A stretch of 63,738 bases of DNA, the filler included, from Circinaria calcarea (lineage: Eukaryota), in assembly GCA_051942165.1 (NCBI GenBank). It is 11 parts of 11 records of this genome, joined end to end, with 100 filler letters (N's around TTAATTAATTAA, not from the genome) between each part and the next. Parts side by side here need not be neighbours in the genome. Positions count along the whole stretch, not along the records: positions 1 to 5,715 come from JAVECS010001811.1; positions 5,816 to 11,526 come from JAVECS010001812.1; positions 11,627 to 17,336 come from JAVECS010001813.1; 8 more parts are not named here. The stretch is one strand, 5' to 3'. Numbering within the stretch: position 1 is the stretch's first letter; every line of letters begins with the position of its first letter. The notes below the pieces were generated by a model that was not told the origin of the DNA, did not search any database, and saw nothing but the letters and a program-made list of their open reading frames with translations. A program made the position numbers and the translations under genes. Shown in pieces: positions 1-13,938 of the stretch.

Positions 1-2
1 CA

Positions 3-542
3 TTGGCGGCGATGGACTGGGTCTTCAGGAAGTTCGGGACCTCCGACTACGGCGTCAAGGTAGTCCTCTGGGGCCAGAGCCTTGGCGCTGGTGTTGCAAC
101 TGTTACGGCGTCGCGCTATCAACAGGGCGAGGCCTTGGGGAAATCGTGGTCTGGACGTCTGGCAATCGATGGATTGCTTCTCGAGACACCATTCCTCGGT
201 ATAAGACAAATGTTAACTAGCCTCTATCCACAGAGATGGCTGCCATATCGTTATCTATGGCCGTTTCTTCGCAGCCGTTGGGACAGTGTGGATGCATTGC
301 GTATGATAGCGTCATCGAAGGTTCCTCACCAGCCCAAAATCCTCATCCTTCAGGCTGGGAAGGACGAGGTAGTCCCTCTTAGTCATGGCCTTGAACTGGA
401 GGAGCTTTGCCGTAAGCACGGGCTCAGCGTGAGCCGAATTGAAGTGCCCGGTGCTCTCCACGCAGGAGTCCTCTCAAAGGAGTTAGGGCGACGCGCTGTT
501 ATCACCTTTATTCGAAATTGCGGACAGGACGGGGGCATATAG
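3..542 (+). CDS. Alpha/beta hydrolase, BEM46/ABHD13-like (5' partial)
   Basis: Nucleophile motif WGQSLGAG, then LETPF, catalytic-type 'AGKDEVVP' and 'GALH'; open at the contig start. Confidence 0.8.
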   Translation: MAAMDWVFRKFGTSDYGVKVVLWGQSLGAGVATVTASRYQQGEALGKSWSGRLAIDGLLLETPFLGIRQMLTSLYPQRWLPYRYLWPFLRSRWDSVDALRMIASSKVPHQPKILILQAGKDEVVPLSHGLELEELCRKHGLSVSRIEVPGALHAGVLSKELGRRAVITFIRNCGQDGGI

Positions 543-891
543 GTGGGGTGTAAAAACCGAGTTACATCGGCTTAAACGTTTCTAACTGATCACGGGCGAT
601 TAGGTCGTCGATCGAGGCGGGTGAGCAGGAGTCGTTGCCGGAAATAACATGATACTGGAGGACCCCTCGCATATATATCATCGCCGGTCAATAACATAAC
701 AACATAAGATCTCAAATGTATAGAAGGCCTCTTTTGAAGACTCGAGTTGTAGATACCTTAGTGGGAACGGAGCACCCCTCATACAGTGACTGTCTCTCAG
801 CGGCCGCAATTGTTGCAGACCGGCCTTGGATGGGAAGATCCTTGGGGAGCGAGAGCCAAGACTAAAGGCCTCCAAGACTTTATTGAGCGAC

Positions 892-2725
892 TTATATTCG
901 TCGGCTTAGCGTTACAACATTCCGTAAAGTTCCAAAACTCAGCACATCTCCGATGCGGTTCGCCCCTAACATAACCATACACAACCTGTCGATCCCGCAG
1001 CCCCATCCACCAGTCGGCGGCAAGCCCCATTCCAGAGCCTCCAAGTAACTTTCGTCGATGCCGCTGGATTCACCATTGCCACGGTATTTGTTCTGTTCGA
1101 TGAACTTCTTTCTTTGTTCGAAAGGAGAATTCTCCTCTTCATACGTGTTGACGACTTCCTGGCAGTTTACAAAGAGCTCTGCACGTGCGGATACACGTTG
1201 CCCGCGGGTGGGATGTTCAAATGATTTGGATAGTGGGGATAAACATTCGGGATAGTTGATGATGAAAGTTGGTTTAATGCACTGCGGCTCAAGTAATACC
1301 GACGAAAGTCGATCAAGTAACTGTGGAAGCGTCCGGTCTTGTGGCAGCGGCACAGAACAATCCTGGAGGATCTGGATGACTTCTTCCGGAGCTTCGGGCA
1401 GCGCAAGATCCGGCAATTGACGACCCGTGGCAGCTTCAATGGCTTGAATAAAGTCTAGACGCGCGAATGGTCGGCTATAGTCAATGGTTGGCAATTGTAG
1501 GTTGATAGACTTCCGTTTCACTGTTATATCGACATGTCGTGCTATACCTGAAAGAATAGTCTCCGTCAGATCCATCAGCTTCTCCAAATCTGCATAAGCC
1601 CGATAGAATTCACAGGTCGTGAATTCGGGGTTATGGGATAAATCCAGGCCTATAGGGTATAAGCATTCAGGTAAAATAGTGAGAGTAGATCGGAACATCT
1701 CTACCTTCGTTTCTGAAGGACGGTCCAATCTCGAATACTCGGTCAAACCCTCCAACGACGAGGCGTTTCAGCCACAACTCAGGTGCGATTCTTAGCGTGA
1801 TCCGCCGTTCTGGGAATTCTGTGGCAGATGTTCGGAAAGGTCTTGCTACAGCGCCACCTGCCCCATCAGCAAGTATAGGCGTCTGTACCTCGATATGGTC
1901 TTCTCGCAACAAAAATGTACGCATAAACTCGATGATCTCAGCCCTCAAACGGAGAACATCGGCTGTCTGGGGATTGACAAGGTGATCTACATGTCGCTTC
2001 CGCACCCTTGTTTCTTGGTCTTGAAGCTCCGTCGGAAGATGATGTAAACAGGGCGAGAGCAGTTGTGGGAGTTCACAGAGAAGGATCGAAAGTTCGCCTC
2101 TCCTAGTCCTATGTGGAATTCCTTTTAAACCTGTTATAATAATGAGATCCAGAGACGCTCGGGACTTCGCATAGATTCAAGACTTACTCAGAATGTCCCC
2201 TCTTTGAAGCTTGTGATAACAATCTTTGAACATGTCCAATCTAACAGGGGATCCAGAAAGCCTGGAAAAATTACAAAGCCCTTGTACACGGTAGCCATCT
2301 TGAAGCAAATCCACAAAGAATAGCTTGGATCCTGCGATTCGAACAGAGCTCACTCTTCCTAGAAGTATGAGCAATTGCGCAAACTAACTTTCCAAAGAGT
2401 CTACAATACCGCGTATAACGGTTTCCTCCTCGTTTTTAGACTGCTCGGGTACCAGGTCATTGTGTTGTTCGAGGAAGGTACGACAGGTCAATTCCTTATT
2501 GTGCGAATTGATACGTGGATACAGTTGCGAAGTCGGTAGCTGAAGTCCACGAATGCGCTCTCGCACCTCTGGATCGCGAAAAGATGCACATGTAGTTTCG
2601 TTTTGAGATATTTCATGCAGTCTTGAGATGCTGTAAAAGCGGAGGTGAGCGTCATATGCTGCTTGAGTGAATACCCTGAGGTCGATCAAGCGGTAAGGGC
2701 GTAGAAACTGCAGGCATTTGCTCAT
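892..2725 (-). CDS. MSK1: Lysyl-tRNA synthetase class II, probably mitochondrial; multi-exon
   Basis: OB-fold part (GSKLFFVDL..RGD), 'LRIAPELWLKRLVVGGFDRVFEIGPSFRNEG', 'HNPEFTTCEFY' and motif 3 'GLPPTGGWGCGIDRL'. Basic N-terminal presequence. ORF pieces are separated by GT-AG introns. Confidence 0.92.
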
Positions 2726-3287
2726 ACTGTATTATCACCTAACATACATCAGATTAGACATGAAACTTCTCAGAGACTTAGGGTACTGCATAGATCAAGT
2801 GATCGGTCAGATAAAAGGAGTGTGATCATGAATCTGGACGACAGATGTCATTCGCAACGGTTCTTGAAAGTTTGTTCCTCATTCAGCTTGATATGATTAG
2901 AGAGCTTAACTGACATACGGTTTATATACATACGCCCGTTCAAATCAACTCATCAAGATCGAGTCTAAAGTGGGATGCAAATATAATATACGATGAAAGT
3001 ATTGGGGTGCGCGTTTGGCAGAGTACCTCCACAACCGCGTACTCGGGTCGGACAAACCTGTTCCAGCTCCTGGAGGAACTACGCCCCGAATATGACCATT
3101 ACCCTTACGGATGTACACACCCTTTAGTGGAGAACACAGGGACTTCAATGAATATAATAATCACAATAAGGATGATAAAGTCTAATGGTCTAGAAGGTAC
3201 TCGGATTGAATAGAACAGCAACGAGTTCTACAGACGAGGCGTCAAACGATCCGCCATTCGGGCACCAATATATACCAGGTTTAACCA

Positions 3288-5715
3288 ATGCCTACACTGG
3301 AAGACAAGGTAAAGGTAGTGCCAGAGCAGGCATCTAACTATTTTCGGGAAGCCACAACGGAAGATAATCATGACTCAATTACTTCTTCCACTGGTGCAAT
3401 CAATCAAATGACCCACGATGTGCACCCAGTCCCTTCTAAGTCGACCTTGACGTCGCAGCCAGCACATCAGCGACTTGTTTTTACAGATCCAGTAGCTTTC
3501 AGGTACTTGGGTCCTTGGGTTAGGATGCACCATCTTGGAGCATGCTGACGCGAAGCAGGTATCTTGAAGAAGACCCTTCCACGGCTGTCCTAGAGCGGTG
3601 TCGGGAGCTCAAAGGATATGAATTGTATATCGTAGAACAGTGGGCATGCTCCAGGATTCACCCCACGTTCGTGATTACTACCTTCACGGGCCTCCCTCAA
3701 CATTCAGTTTTCGTGGGTGTTCTAAGTGTACCGACGGACGAAAACGCCTGGTCTCCACGGCTCCGAGTGTATCTAAAGGCAATCTCCAAGTTTCACGCTC
3801 GGAAGAAGGAGACGCCATTAGGCACGTTGATGGTAACTAACCTGAGTAGTTTTCCCTCCGCATTAAATGTTATTGCTGTGTTGGGAGGGGATGTAAAGAG
3901 CTATAGGGAGGGATTTATCGTGAATGAGAATCTGAAGAGATTAGGTTGCTCGGGGCGAGCGGGCATGACCCTTTCATCGCCCATAGGAGCTACACAAGCA
4001 AAGTTTATGCACTTGTATCGAATAAGTGACCGCACACCGATATCACGTGCTGTAATTGAGCTTGTCAGACTTTGCCAGGTTGCTTTGATGGTTTTCATGA
4101 AACTCGCCCCTGAGTATGCCGATGGGCTGCTCTGTGATGTTACGGAACGGGCGATTAATGACTGGTGGACCGACATCGGAACGGATCATTTCAATGTGGA
4201 ACCAGGTGATGGCATCCTTGGACCTACGACAGTGGCAGCATTACTTGGGACACTCCTAGGCGCGAGGAATAGATTGAACGCTTATGGTGCACCTGTAGGG
4301 AAGGATGTGTTTGAGTTGAGATGTACGAAAAGAGCCATTGCATACTTTCAAAAGGCACAGAAGCTGCCAAGATCTCGCAGACTAGATCGTCAGACTCTCG
4401 ATCGTCTCCACCGCGTGACCTCCAAGGCTGCAAGCGGCGAGGGATGGAATATGCCCAAAGCAGTCAAATCGACGGTAGCAGAATTAAGTGGCAAGGGCGG
4501 CGAAATAATGTTGGGGATGGTCGGAGGACGCGATCGGGCAGGCATTGCCGAGATCGAGACATTGGATATTGAGACGTTCGTTCGATTCGCATCGGGGGAA
4601 AGCTGTAAATGGTTGTGGTATGGTAAAACCCGCAAATCTAACCAGGGAGATCCTTTGAGCAATTTGAAGGTCGAAGATGAGATGGTTTTTAGCGGTGACG
4701 AGCATGTAGGATACGTTTGGGCGAGTAGGAAACGGGATTCGCTTGCCGATGAAGTGCGCCCCTACAGTGGCCAGCTTGATCATCTCTATATGCGGCCAGT
4801 CGAGGGCTCGCAGACTACCATCGAAAATTCGGACAGAGAACAGGCTTTCCGGAAAACAGTTTTCAAAAGTGTCACTGGCAAGATGAATGACGCGAGAAGC
4901 GGACTTGGCCGTATAAAAGATGCCGTTGGTATATCAGGCTTGCGTGGGCATCATCATAGATATTCCAAGGAAGGCGATACGACTTCGGACGTTGATGCCT
5001 TAGGAGATCGATCTCCTGAGGACGAAAAAGGAAGGACGGGAAATGAATTGGTTTCTCCTTCACCTCTGCATGATGTTCAGCCAGACGACTTCCCCAAAGA
5101 AACCACCACACCTCCCGAACCTAGACCGGTCCTCTCTATCCCACATGAGGCTGCTTCTATCTCTCCTGATGCGGCCTGGTTAGACAAAGCATACGCTGCA
5201 GTCGATGTTGATCCGATTTCGACTCGGAGCGATGGTGGACAGGAATCAGTGGACTCCAGCAGCTCGAAGAATTTGGAGAAGGATCAAGTAGAAGAGGAAC
5301 CAGTCCTGCTGCCTGCTCCGAGGAGAAGCGATAATACAAACAACCCCAAGGAGAAGAAGGTTAGAGACCTCCATGATTTTCCCAGAGAGGAAACAATGCA
5401 TAACCTGCGAAACACGCGCAGTCTGTCTTACTTACCTAGAATTACTGACCGGGGCAATCGCCAGCACTGTTGGCCTCGGCACCTCTCTTTCAGTGTTGTA
5501 GACGATACCTTGGCGACTGGCCAAGATGCATCGTGTTTGGAAGACGACACGAAGTTAGACACCAAGAGATCTCTGGTTTGCGAACAATACCTGTTCCTGC
5601 AGACGTCAAAAATGGCCCTACAAGTCCAGGAACTCGGAGGGCAGGATGCCATATGGGTGCAGAATAGACTGCGCGAGGTTGAAGCACTTGATCTGCGCGC
5701 TAGCAGAGAGAATAG
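3288..5715 (+). CDS. STB2/STB6-like Sin3-binding protein (3' partial; intron ~3502-3558)
   Basis: 'LVFTDPVAFRYLEED..GYELYIVEQWACSR.HPTFVITT.TG' and 'DGLLCDVTERAI..WW' are typical of the fungal STB2/STB6 family. Confidence 0.8.
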
Positions 5716-5815
5716 NNNNNNNNNNNNNNNNNNNNNNNNNNNNNNNNNNNNNNNNNNNNTTAATTAATTAANNNNNNNNNNNNNNNNNNNNNNNNNNNNN
5801 NNNNNNNNNNNNNNN
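5716..5815. other. Artificial contig spacer (N44-TTAATTAATTAA-N44). Identical spacers at 11527-11626, 17337-17436, 23147-23246, 28953-29052, 34755-34854, 40557-40656, 46356-46455, 52155-52254 and 57950-58049
   Basis: The identical 100-nt linker has stops in all six frames. The segments between linkers decrease monotonically in length (5715 to ~5690). Confidence 0.98.
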
Positions 5816-6726
5816 TTGTTTTGGAGAGGGCAGACTCCGGAGGGGAAGGGGGATAAATTCAACTAGGTATAAAGATAGGAAGTACGTGGGTTGAAGTTGG
5901 TAAGGGATTGTGTGTCTCTAGCTGTCATGGAAGGAGTAGCTATTGAAAATGTAATGCCGCAGGGTTTTTTGAAATTGGTTATTTGGAAGTTTGCACTCCT
6001 TCTCTCTTGATGTGCTGCATGAATGATATGAACAGTAGTACCCAAATGAGTAAAAAGAAAAAAAAGAGCGTTCACAGTGGTTAAATTGCATGGTTCAGCA
6101 GCAGCAGCAAGAAGTGGCTTCTTTCTGATCTCTATGCTTCCTCCCAATATAAGCGGTTAGAGGAATGGCAGGTCCTGTTGGCTGAGATAGATTCCAAGAG
6201 CATTTGGAGCTCGATGGTTGTGTTCTCGTAGGAACACTGCTGCTTATTATTTATATCCGGAGGCCCAAGCTTTCCCCACTCCTATGCAACGCATGGTGAT
6301 TTTATTAGGTCCTTCAGCATACAAGGTCAACCCAGATAATCAAAAGGGCATAATCTGGATATATGATGCTGCATTGTTTAACAGTTATGAAAGGAAACCT
6401 TAACTAGGCAACTCGTCACCTCCGGCCGCCTGCGATCAGCATGTATACATTTGATGTCTCGACGCATAAGAATGATAGCCCACGTCCTCATTAGGCAGGA
6501 GACTGCCGGCCGGTATAATGTGTGACGCATGGATGATTAACAGGGGTTGCGCGAAACCATAATCTGACCAGTTCTGGATCGCTTGACGTCTAATGGCTTG
6601 AGTAGATATATGAGGTACTATAAAACAGGGAGGAATAAGGGTTGGTTTTTATAATCGAGCCAGAATTGTGCTATCGCTGAGCTTTAAACGCTACTCGATA
6701 CGATCGAGACCGTCTAAACCTTATAA

Positions 6727-8036
6727 TCATCGATGCACTAAAACCGCTTCCTCGATTTTGAAAATCTTGTCTTCTGTGATTCGATAAAATCTATTTTCCC
6801 TAGGGGGTAGAACACTCTTCACCAATAATTCGCGACCATCGATCCGAAGTAGATAGCCCTAGCTGTACGTCAGCCTCGCTATATCCTGCACGAGCGGGTC
6901 ATGGAGAATCATACAGATTTGGACAAGGCAGTTACGGGGAACCACATCTCCATGGCCTCGAGTTCTAGGAGAACGGAGAGATCCGGCAATCTTAAACCGG
7001 CCAATCTACTTTCCACGGCTTCATTATGCCTAATCAACTCGTAGAGCTTCCGCTCTAAACCGTAAATTGTCCTTGAAGCAAGGGTGTGCCGGAGAACTGG
7101 ACTTAATACTTCGTACAAGTGGTCAAAACCTGCTGACCGTGCGATATCGAGGGGGGTCATGTCCTGTCTCGGTACTCTGACCGCTCTTGCCGTCCTCCAC
7201 GCGCCCATTGCAACCAGCTGGCGTACCACCTCGACTGGTGCACCGTGGTAAGCAGCGTGATGGAGAGCTGTAAATCCGCTAAGCTCGTTGTCGGGGGAGC
7301 TTGACATACGGGTACAGTTGACCCAAGGTTGCCCGTATATCCCACTGTACGTTCGGACGCTACTCAATACCGTTGGCCAATCTCCAGCATAAGCGGCATC
7401 CGCGAACCGTGCCCGATCCCTTACGTACTGCCGGTTGAGGCGGAGCTCCTCGGTGTCGTGCCTTTGGCCAAACCAGACCGGCCGCCGTTCTAACTGTGGC
7501 ACGGGCGCTTCTTCAAAAGCCTTGACGGGCTGATTCCGAGCCACAATCTGGAGGATGTCTTGAATGGATTCACTACTGTCATCAGATACGTGGGAAATAG
7601 CACGAGGCGGATCACGCTCTACAGACCTCGATATCATGTTGATGGCCGTGACGATATCCATCTGCTGTTTCAGCAGCTTAGCCACCAGGTCTTCCGCGTC
7701 ACTTTTCTTCAACAGCCACTGGACTCTCCCTTTCAGATCTTGGTGGAAACTCTCCTTGGCTGGTTTCGTCTGCTTTACCAGCGCCGCCAGTGCCGTGATC
7801 GTCTCTTGACATTTCGAGGAATCAAAGAAGGCGGTTAAGAACGCTTTCCTATCGGAGTTTAATTGTTGCTCAAACGCCTGCAATCTCTTCAAGAGTAGTT
7901 CTAACGCGGTTGTTCGAGCCAAAAGCTCCTTCAACGCTGCAGGGCCATCCTTGAGTGTTTCATACACACTCACTAGGGCGTTGACTATGGAGCCGCACGT
8001 GAAGACCAAGCCGGCGATGGAAAGGGGATCTGCCAT
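6727..8036 (-). CDS. HeLo-like (fungal STAND N-terminal) domain fused to an ankyrin-repeat domain; introns ~7576-7626 and 6859-6914
   Basis: N-terminus MADPLSIAGLV plus a helical region; ankyrin motifs 'GFTALHHAAYHGAP' and 'MTPLDIAR'. A GTATGA..CTAG intron adds the terminal exon GYLLRIDGRELLV...VHR*. Confidence 0.75.
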
Positions 8037-11000
8037 TGGAGAAATGTTGATGGCTGACGCTCTTGTAGGATAGAGCTAGGAAAGGTGTATGGTAGCAAAG
8101 TGCCACGGTCGCCAAATGCACTGCCGCTGCTGACTTGCAGCACGGGTGAACTTTAGTCTCTGTGGGTATGCTCCTGAATGACTTGATGCGAGCTGTATTC
8201 CGGCCTTCGACATTAGTAGACGAATCACCGATTATCATGCAGGATTGCCAGTCACAAGGTGTAGTCGATACGATACACGACACTGATTTTTAAGCCTCGA
8301 TTCAACCTAACAATGGAACTTGAGCCAGACGAGTGCAAAGGTATCAGGAAAGGCGTGGTTCATGTCGAGGCTCACCTCTCCCAAGACACGTGTCCCGTTT
8401 GGCTCATCACGAAGCTATGCTAGAGGGCACTGTCGTACTCTGGGGGAATGGAGGGCTTGGAGAGGTTGAATAGAAAGACGGTAAGGGCATTCCTGCAGGT
8501 CAGATCTTACACGCAGCCGGAGTCTGATACTGGCCCGCATTTAGCGCCTAAGCCTTAAGAAGAGCCCCAAGGAAGTCACGTGGCATCGCAGATACGAGAA
8601 CAGATTATTTTGACCGCAGCCGTGAGTAGTGAACTATCTCATCATTCTCGTGTGTGTATTCGCAGCCCTTTATACCTCCATATAAGGTTATCATCTCCTA
8701 CTACTCTAACTCAGTCCATGACTCCACCTGCCAATCCTGGTCATCATTTGGCAGGTGGAATACTCTTGCTAATACCATTACCCTTTTCTGTCCATTGCTT
8801 CACGTTTCAGCCCATATCATTGTTTGGAAGATGAATATCTGTTTTGCGCTGCGAGAAAAAGCCATTGTTCTGTCCAACACCGTATTGCTGTGACCGCGCC
8901 AAAAACAAAGAAAGGCATGGCGAATGAGTATAGTTATCAAATAGATTTATGAGTTCTTTCTGATCGAGGGTAGTTGCGACTGGTATTAAGGTGAGGTAGA
9001 GGAATGTCAGATTGCTATAGTGAATCCACGAGTGAGTTATCGAGTATGTAGATGCTGTAGATAGTATTTCAATATAATTCTAAAGCTGCTTGCAAAAACG
9101 AATAAGGCTTCTCGTGCTCCCGAGCATGGCTTTATTATTATGCGGCGGTAGCAGTTGAAAACCGGCGTTGAAAAACAAGCGAATGTTATGATTAGAGCAC
9201 ACGGAGAAAATAGCGGGAAACAGCGTATCTCAGCGATCCCCCGAGCATTCTCCCACAGGTTATACACAGATTCTCTCGACTCTCTTTTCGCTTTACACAC
9301 AGAGTATTTCATATTATCTACATAGTATTTCAGTAGCCTTTATCAATACATACATTCCGGTTATACCGTGCAGCCTGTTGAAGACGTAGCGCCCTCCCTG
9401 TAATGCACCTCCTTTCTCTAATTATATACATTGGTTTAGTTAGTCGCTGTAAGCCCGGATACGGAGGCGTAACACATGCTAAGAAATGTCCTACATCAGA
9501 GTACAGAGAAATGCTCCATATTAGATTGCTTACCGGCTTGAGAAGTTTATCATCGTCCAAGACCGTAGCTGGGAAATGGCTCTGATAGTGCTCTAGCCAT
9601 GCAGTTCGTTTCACGTGCCACCACCACCTTCGTTCGTGAACGACATCCGTTCTTGGTACGCAGCAATTGGGCCAGGCAACAAGGGAATCGAGCGCTAAGG
9701 TACAGGTCCCTAAGCAGCAGGAGGATGATGGTGTCTTCGTTGCGCCATTTTCCTCACAATCTTCATCTCGTAATGTTGACGAACAGGAAGATACTTGATC
9801 CCTACCGGGATTGATGGTAAAGGAGCGATGCTGCACGATGCCAAATATCCTTTCTGAAGAAGAGGCAGGATAGCCAATGACGATGAAGGATTCCCCGAGG
9901 CTTCCTATGAATTTTAAATCCTTTCCCCCCGATAGGAAAGTGTAGCGAAGGCCGGCCAAAAAGTCACGTCGCCGTGCAACTCTGCGGGTGATTACAGTTT
10001 CGACCGTCTCACTTTCTCGTTTGGCGTGGGGGGGGGAAAGTGCAATGCTACAATGTACCCTTATTCAACACGAGACTCGTCCAAGAGAACGCCGATCAAG
10101 GCGCATGTACCTTTGAATGTATGGCTAACACACGATGGCGATGGTAATGCCCATGGCCTGGAGTCGGACGCCATCTATCTCAGTCTTAACCCCCACTGAG
10201 GCGTCGTAGAATCGGCATTACATACGAAGTACCTCCATATGTGGAATGAGTCTGGTCCCTTTCCCCACAAACGATAGATTATCAATCCTCAATTGCCCTA
10301 TCCAATAGGCCGAAGCTTCTCGCCGCTTCCTTCACGGGGACCATGAACCTGGTCCCGACAAAAGTCTCGGTCTGTTTTGGGGGATTGAGTTCGATATACC
10401 AACACGGAACAACCCTTCTCCCAACACAGCAACGGTGGCTTGCCGCCACAATCAGCTGAAGCTGTGTGGCCTCTACGATGTTGCACCAGTAAGCATCTTC
10501 GTTGATCAATACGAGAACTGCCATATGGACAACGCTCGTCCACGAATCAATCGGGGAGTTTATTTGGGACAGGTAAAGTAAGGGATGATTTTTCATCTTC
10601 CTAGATATCCGGTGGGGGTGGGGGTGGAGAATTATCGAGTCCAAGTCAAACGTGGCTGACAAAAACCGGCCGTTCAATGCAAACGGTGGTAATGAAGACC
10701 AATGCCCGCCTGTGCAGCCAATGATAGGGCTTGGCCGAGTTCATCCCACCCTATTGATCTGCAACGCTCGCCTTATCAGTCGACGCACATTTTCGTCCCG
10801 TTCCTCAAACCAGAGGGTCGTGGTGGATGTGTTGGTGTGCCAGTTAGTCGTGAGGAATACGCTTTATCGATGATATCAAATGCGACCGAGAGAGTGTGGT
10901 CCAGTCCCCAGTCCCCAGTCCCCCAGCAGGGCAAATGATACATGTGAGAAAGAGGGAAGAGGGAAATCGGAGTGTCTAGGCGGACCAGCCTTCCTCCTGA

Positions 11001-12538
11001 GGGTGCGGCGGCGCTGCAAGGGCTTACTGCTGACTCTCTCTCTCTCTCTCTTCTCACCCACCACGTGCCTTATCCAGCTCGCTTACCGTTGCCGGGAATG
11101 CCTAATCCTAATACAAGTAGATATCACTCCCAGCTACCACTCTGTTGCTCGTCATTCCGTTGCACTCGACCCCCCATCATTGGCAACGCAACGTTGGTAG
11201 GCCGCGCCTTCCACCCTACAACAGCTCCGTCTCCGTCCTTTTTCCTTTTGATCGATCGCTTGCTCCTCCATCGTTTCTGTGAACAATACCATATCGCCGA
11301 TATCGAAATATCCATCCTCGCTCGACTACCACCTGCACTGGGTGACCGTCTTTTTGCTTTTCGACCTCTTTCCCATATTCCAGCCACCAAGCGTTGAAGA
11401 CCGTCAAGCATGGTGCTGGCGTATATATGGGATTCTTCGTGGCAATATCCTAATCCCCATCATCCGTGACCATAGCCTCGCACAGTCTCTGGCCGGCACC
11501 GCCACCCCTCTTCGGAGGTAGGTGGCNNNNNNNNNNNNNNNNNNNNNNNNNNNNNNNNNNNNNNNNNNNNTTAATTAATTAANNNNNNNNNNNNNNNNNN
11601 NNNNNNNNNNNNNNNNNNNNNNNNNNCCCCCCTTTCTGCACGCTACCTAACCGCGCGGGGAATCCCAGCAACGCAGGGCCGAAAGGAAACGGAATCAGAT
11701 CTCCAGGGAACAGAATCAACGTAGTTGTTATTACTATAACGGATTTGCGGTGTTGGGGAACACGAAAACGAAAGCGGGTTTCCGATAAGGGTCAATGTGG
11801 AGGTATAATATATGCAAAACTCCAAAGAAAAACTCGAGACAGGTAAGGGCGGCAAGGTAGGCGGATGGGCTGGGACTCTCCTGCTAGCAAGTCATCCGGA
11901 GGAAAGGAGTATGAAGGGTAATAGTTAAGAAACGGTCAGTGGTATATCGGTAATACTAACATCTGGTAAAAATTGCTTAAGCAAGTAGCTTTTTGGTCTC
12001 TCTAATCTGCTCGTCCTGTATGGAGTATGTTCCTGGAATCCAGTGGAAAGCAACTAGAATTGGCAATGCTGTATGTAGTGGCGTTCCCGTGGGTTCTTTT
12101 GAGACTTTTTTTTTCTTTAAAAATTCGTTTGTTACCACGCATGAAACGCGCAATCTACAGGTGTGTATCATGACTATCGTAAACCAGACCATGAGCCCCT
12201 GTACCCATAATAGTTGCCCGTTCTTTTAACCCAATCAATGCCTTTGGCCTCTTGTGACCTTGAGTTTTTCAACACAGGTGATATGGCCGCGTTGGAGATA
12301 TATTGAATAGTGGTGACTACTATCGTTTCACGAAGCGATATGAGAACTGCATTGAGAGCCAAGCGGTGGATAATGGAGAGGATAAATGCTGAGATTGATA
12401 CTTACTCACGGTCTCACCCACAATCGCAGCATGAATTTGCACTGCTCTGCGGGAGCTTAAAGCTAGTATACCAGAGTGGCTGCTAACGGGATAGTTGCTG
12501 ATTGGATTTGCGCTATTATTTTTTTCCAGCTTCAGTCC

Positions 12539-13938
12539 TCATAGCAGCGCCCGTATCAATTTTACAACTTCCTCGGCCTTAGCTCGTTCAGACGGTTCAT
12601 ACCTCAGCATCGACGCTAGTAGCTCACATAAGCCGGCCGCAGCCTCGGCACTCAGTTGTTCAGAAGCTTCTGTAAACTGCTCATTACGGTTGAGTCTCAT
12701 CTTTTTTATACGGAGTGCAAGCGGCCTTGGCTCCTCGGAGGAGGCTGTTGTATCCGTAGTCTTCCTGGTACCATCGTCCAGTAAGTACAGGCTGCGGTTC
12801 CTCCACTTCCTCCACCATCGGTCCGGTAAGATTCCCAACGTGCTGACCATTTCCGCAAGCACCGTGTCTGGATCGGGCATCGAATCTTCGAAAAGTGAAC
12901 CTTTACCGAAGATTTCGAAAATAGTACACGCAAAAGACCAAATATCGGCGGGCAGTCCAACTTTTTCGTTAAAGAGTGATTCGGGGGGTTGAACTAGCAT
13001 TGGTACATGTAATTCCTTTTGCTCCTCTTTAGAGAAAAATGATTCGCCGAAGTCAATAATCTTTACTTGGTCGAACACGCCATCTATGCTTGGATCCCAC
13101 AACCACGCTCTTTCAACTGTGTAAGGTGGTACCTCTGGACCAAGTGGGTGACCATCGAGACGTGATATTGAGTTCATCGTAGGCTCGTTAAAACGTTTGT
13201 AAATTTGCTTCGCGGTCCAGAAATCGAGATTTGGTACTTGAAAAGATATATTCCTAGCCTGGAGATCTTGCACAGTGTGAGCCAACAAATTCGAGAGGTC
13301 TATATGCTACCATACGTGCAGGGGCAGAGTGGAAGTTTCTGACCTCCATGAACAATACCGCAAGAATGCATGTAGGCGACTCCTGAGGCTATTTGCGCCG
13401 TAATTTTCCGCGCAATCTCAGTTGGCAGCATCTCATCTTCATGCACGTCTTTTGCATCGGCGATGTTAATGCCAACGACTTCGCTCACTACACACCGGTG
13501 CCGACCATTTGGTCCGTCAATCGAGAACTCATCCAGCAGGGACAAGATGAAACTTCGACCCGGATGATCGACACTCCCTCGATGTAAACGATGCCAAATC
13601 TTTGTTTCTAAGTTTAGTTTTGACGTGGCTGCCGTGATAACCTTTAGAGAGACATATCGATTTTCAGTGTGATCCCTGGCCAGCCAAACCGTTGAAAAAC
13701 TGCCGTATCCCAATTTATGGATTACTCGATACCTTCCTCGGGAAAATTCATCACCGAGCTGGATGGGATGATAGCCGCCTTCACGGTACATCTCCAGATT
13801 CTCTACTTGCTCCTGCCAATAATAGGTTGGTCCCGGGAGTCGGGAAGAGGCCGAAGTAAATCTTATGCCTGAGGAAGGTCGTTTTACAATAGATGAGAAA
13901 GTCCGAAGGTAGCTGAATAATTTGGTGTTGGAAATCAT
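12539..13938 (-). CDS. SRPK-like (CMGC) Ser/Thr protein kinase; intron ~13267-13343
   Basis: 'YREGGYHPIQLGD', 'KLGYGSFSTVWLA', 'GPNGRHRC', spliced catalytic loop HGDLQARN, 'KIIDFGES' and 'ADIWSFAC'. Confidence 0.88.

Noticed and set aside
8300..11526. ORFs 9330-9959 and 10282-10677, and the (TC)n tract
   Set aside because: No recognisable domain. The region looks like intergenic or 5' leader DNA of a gene beyond the contig end.
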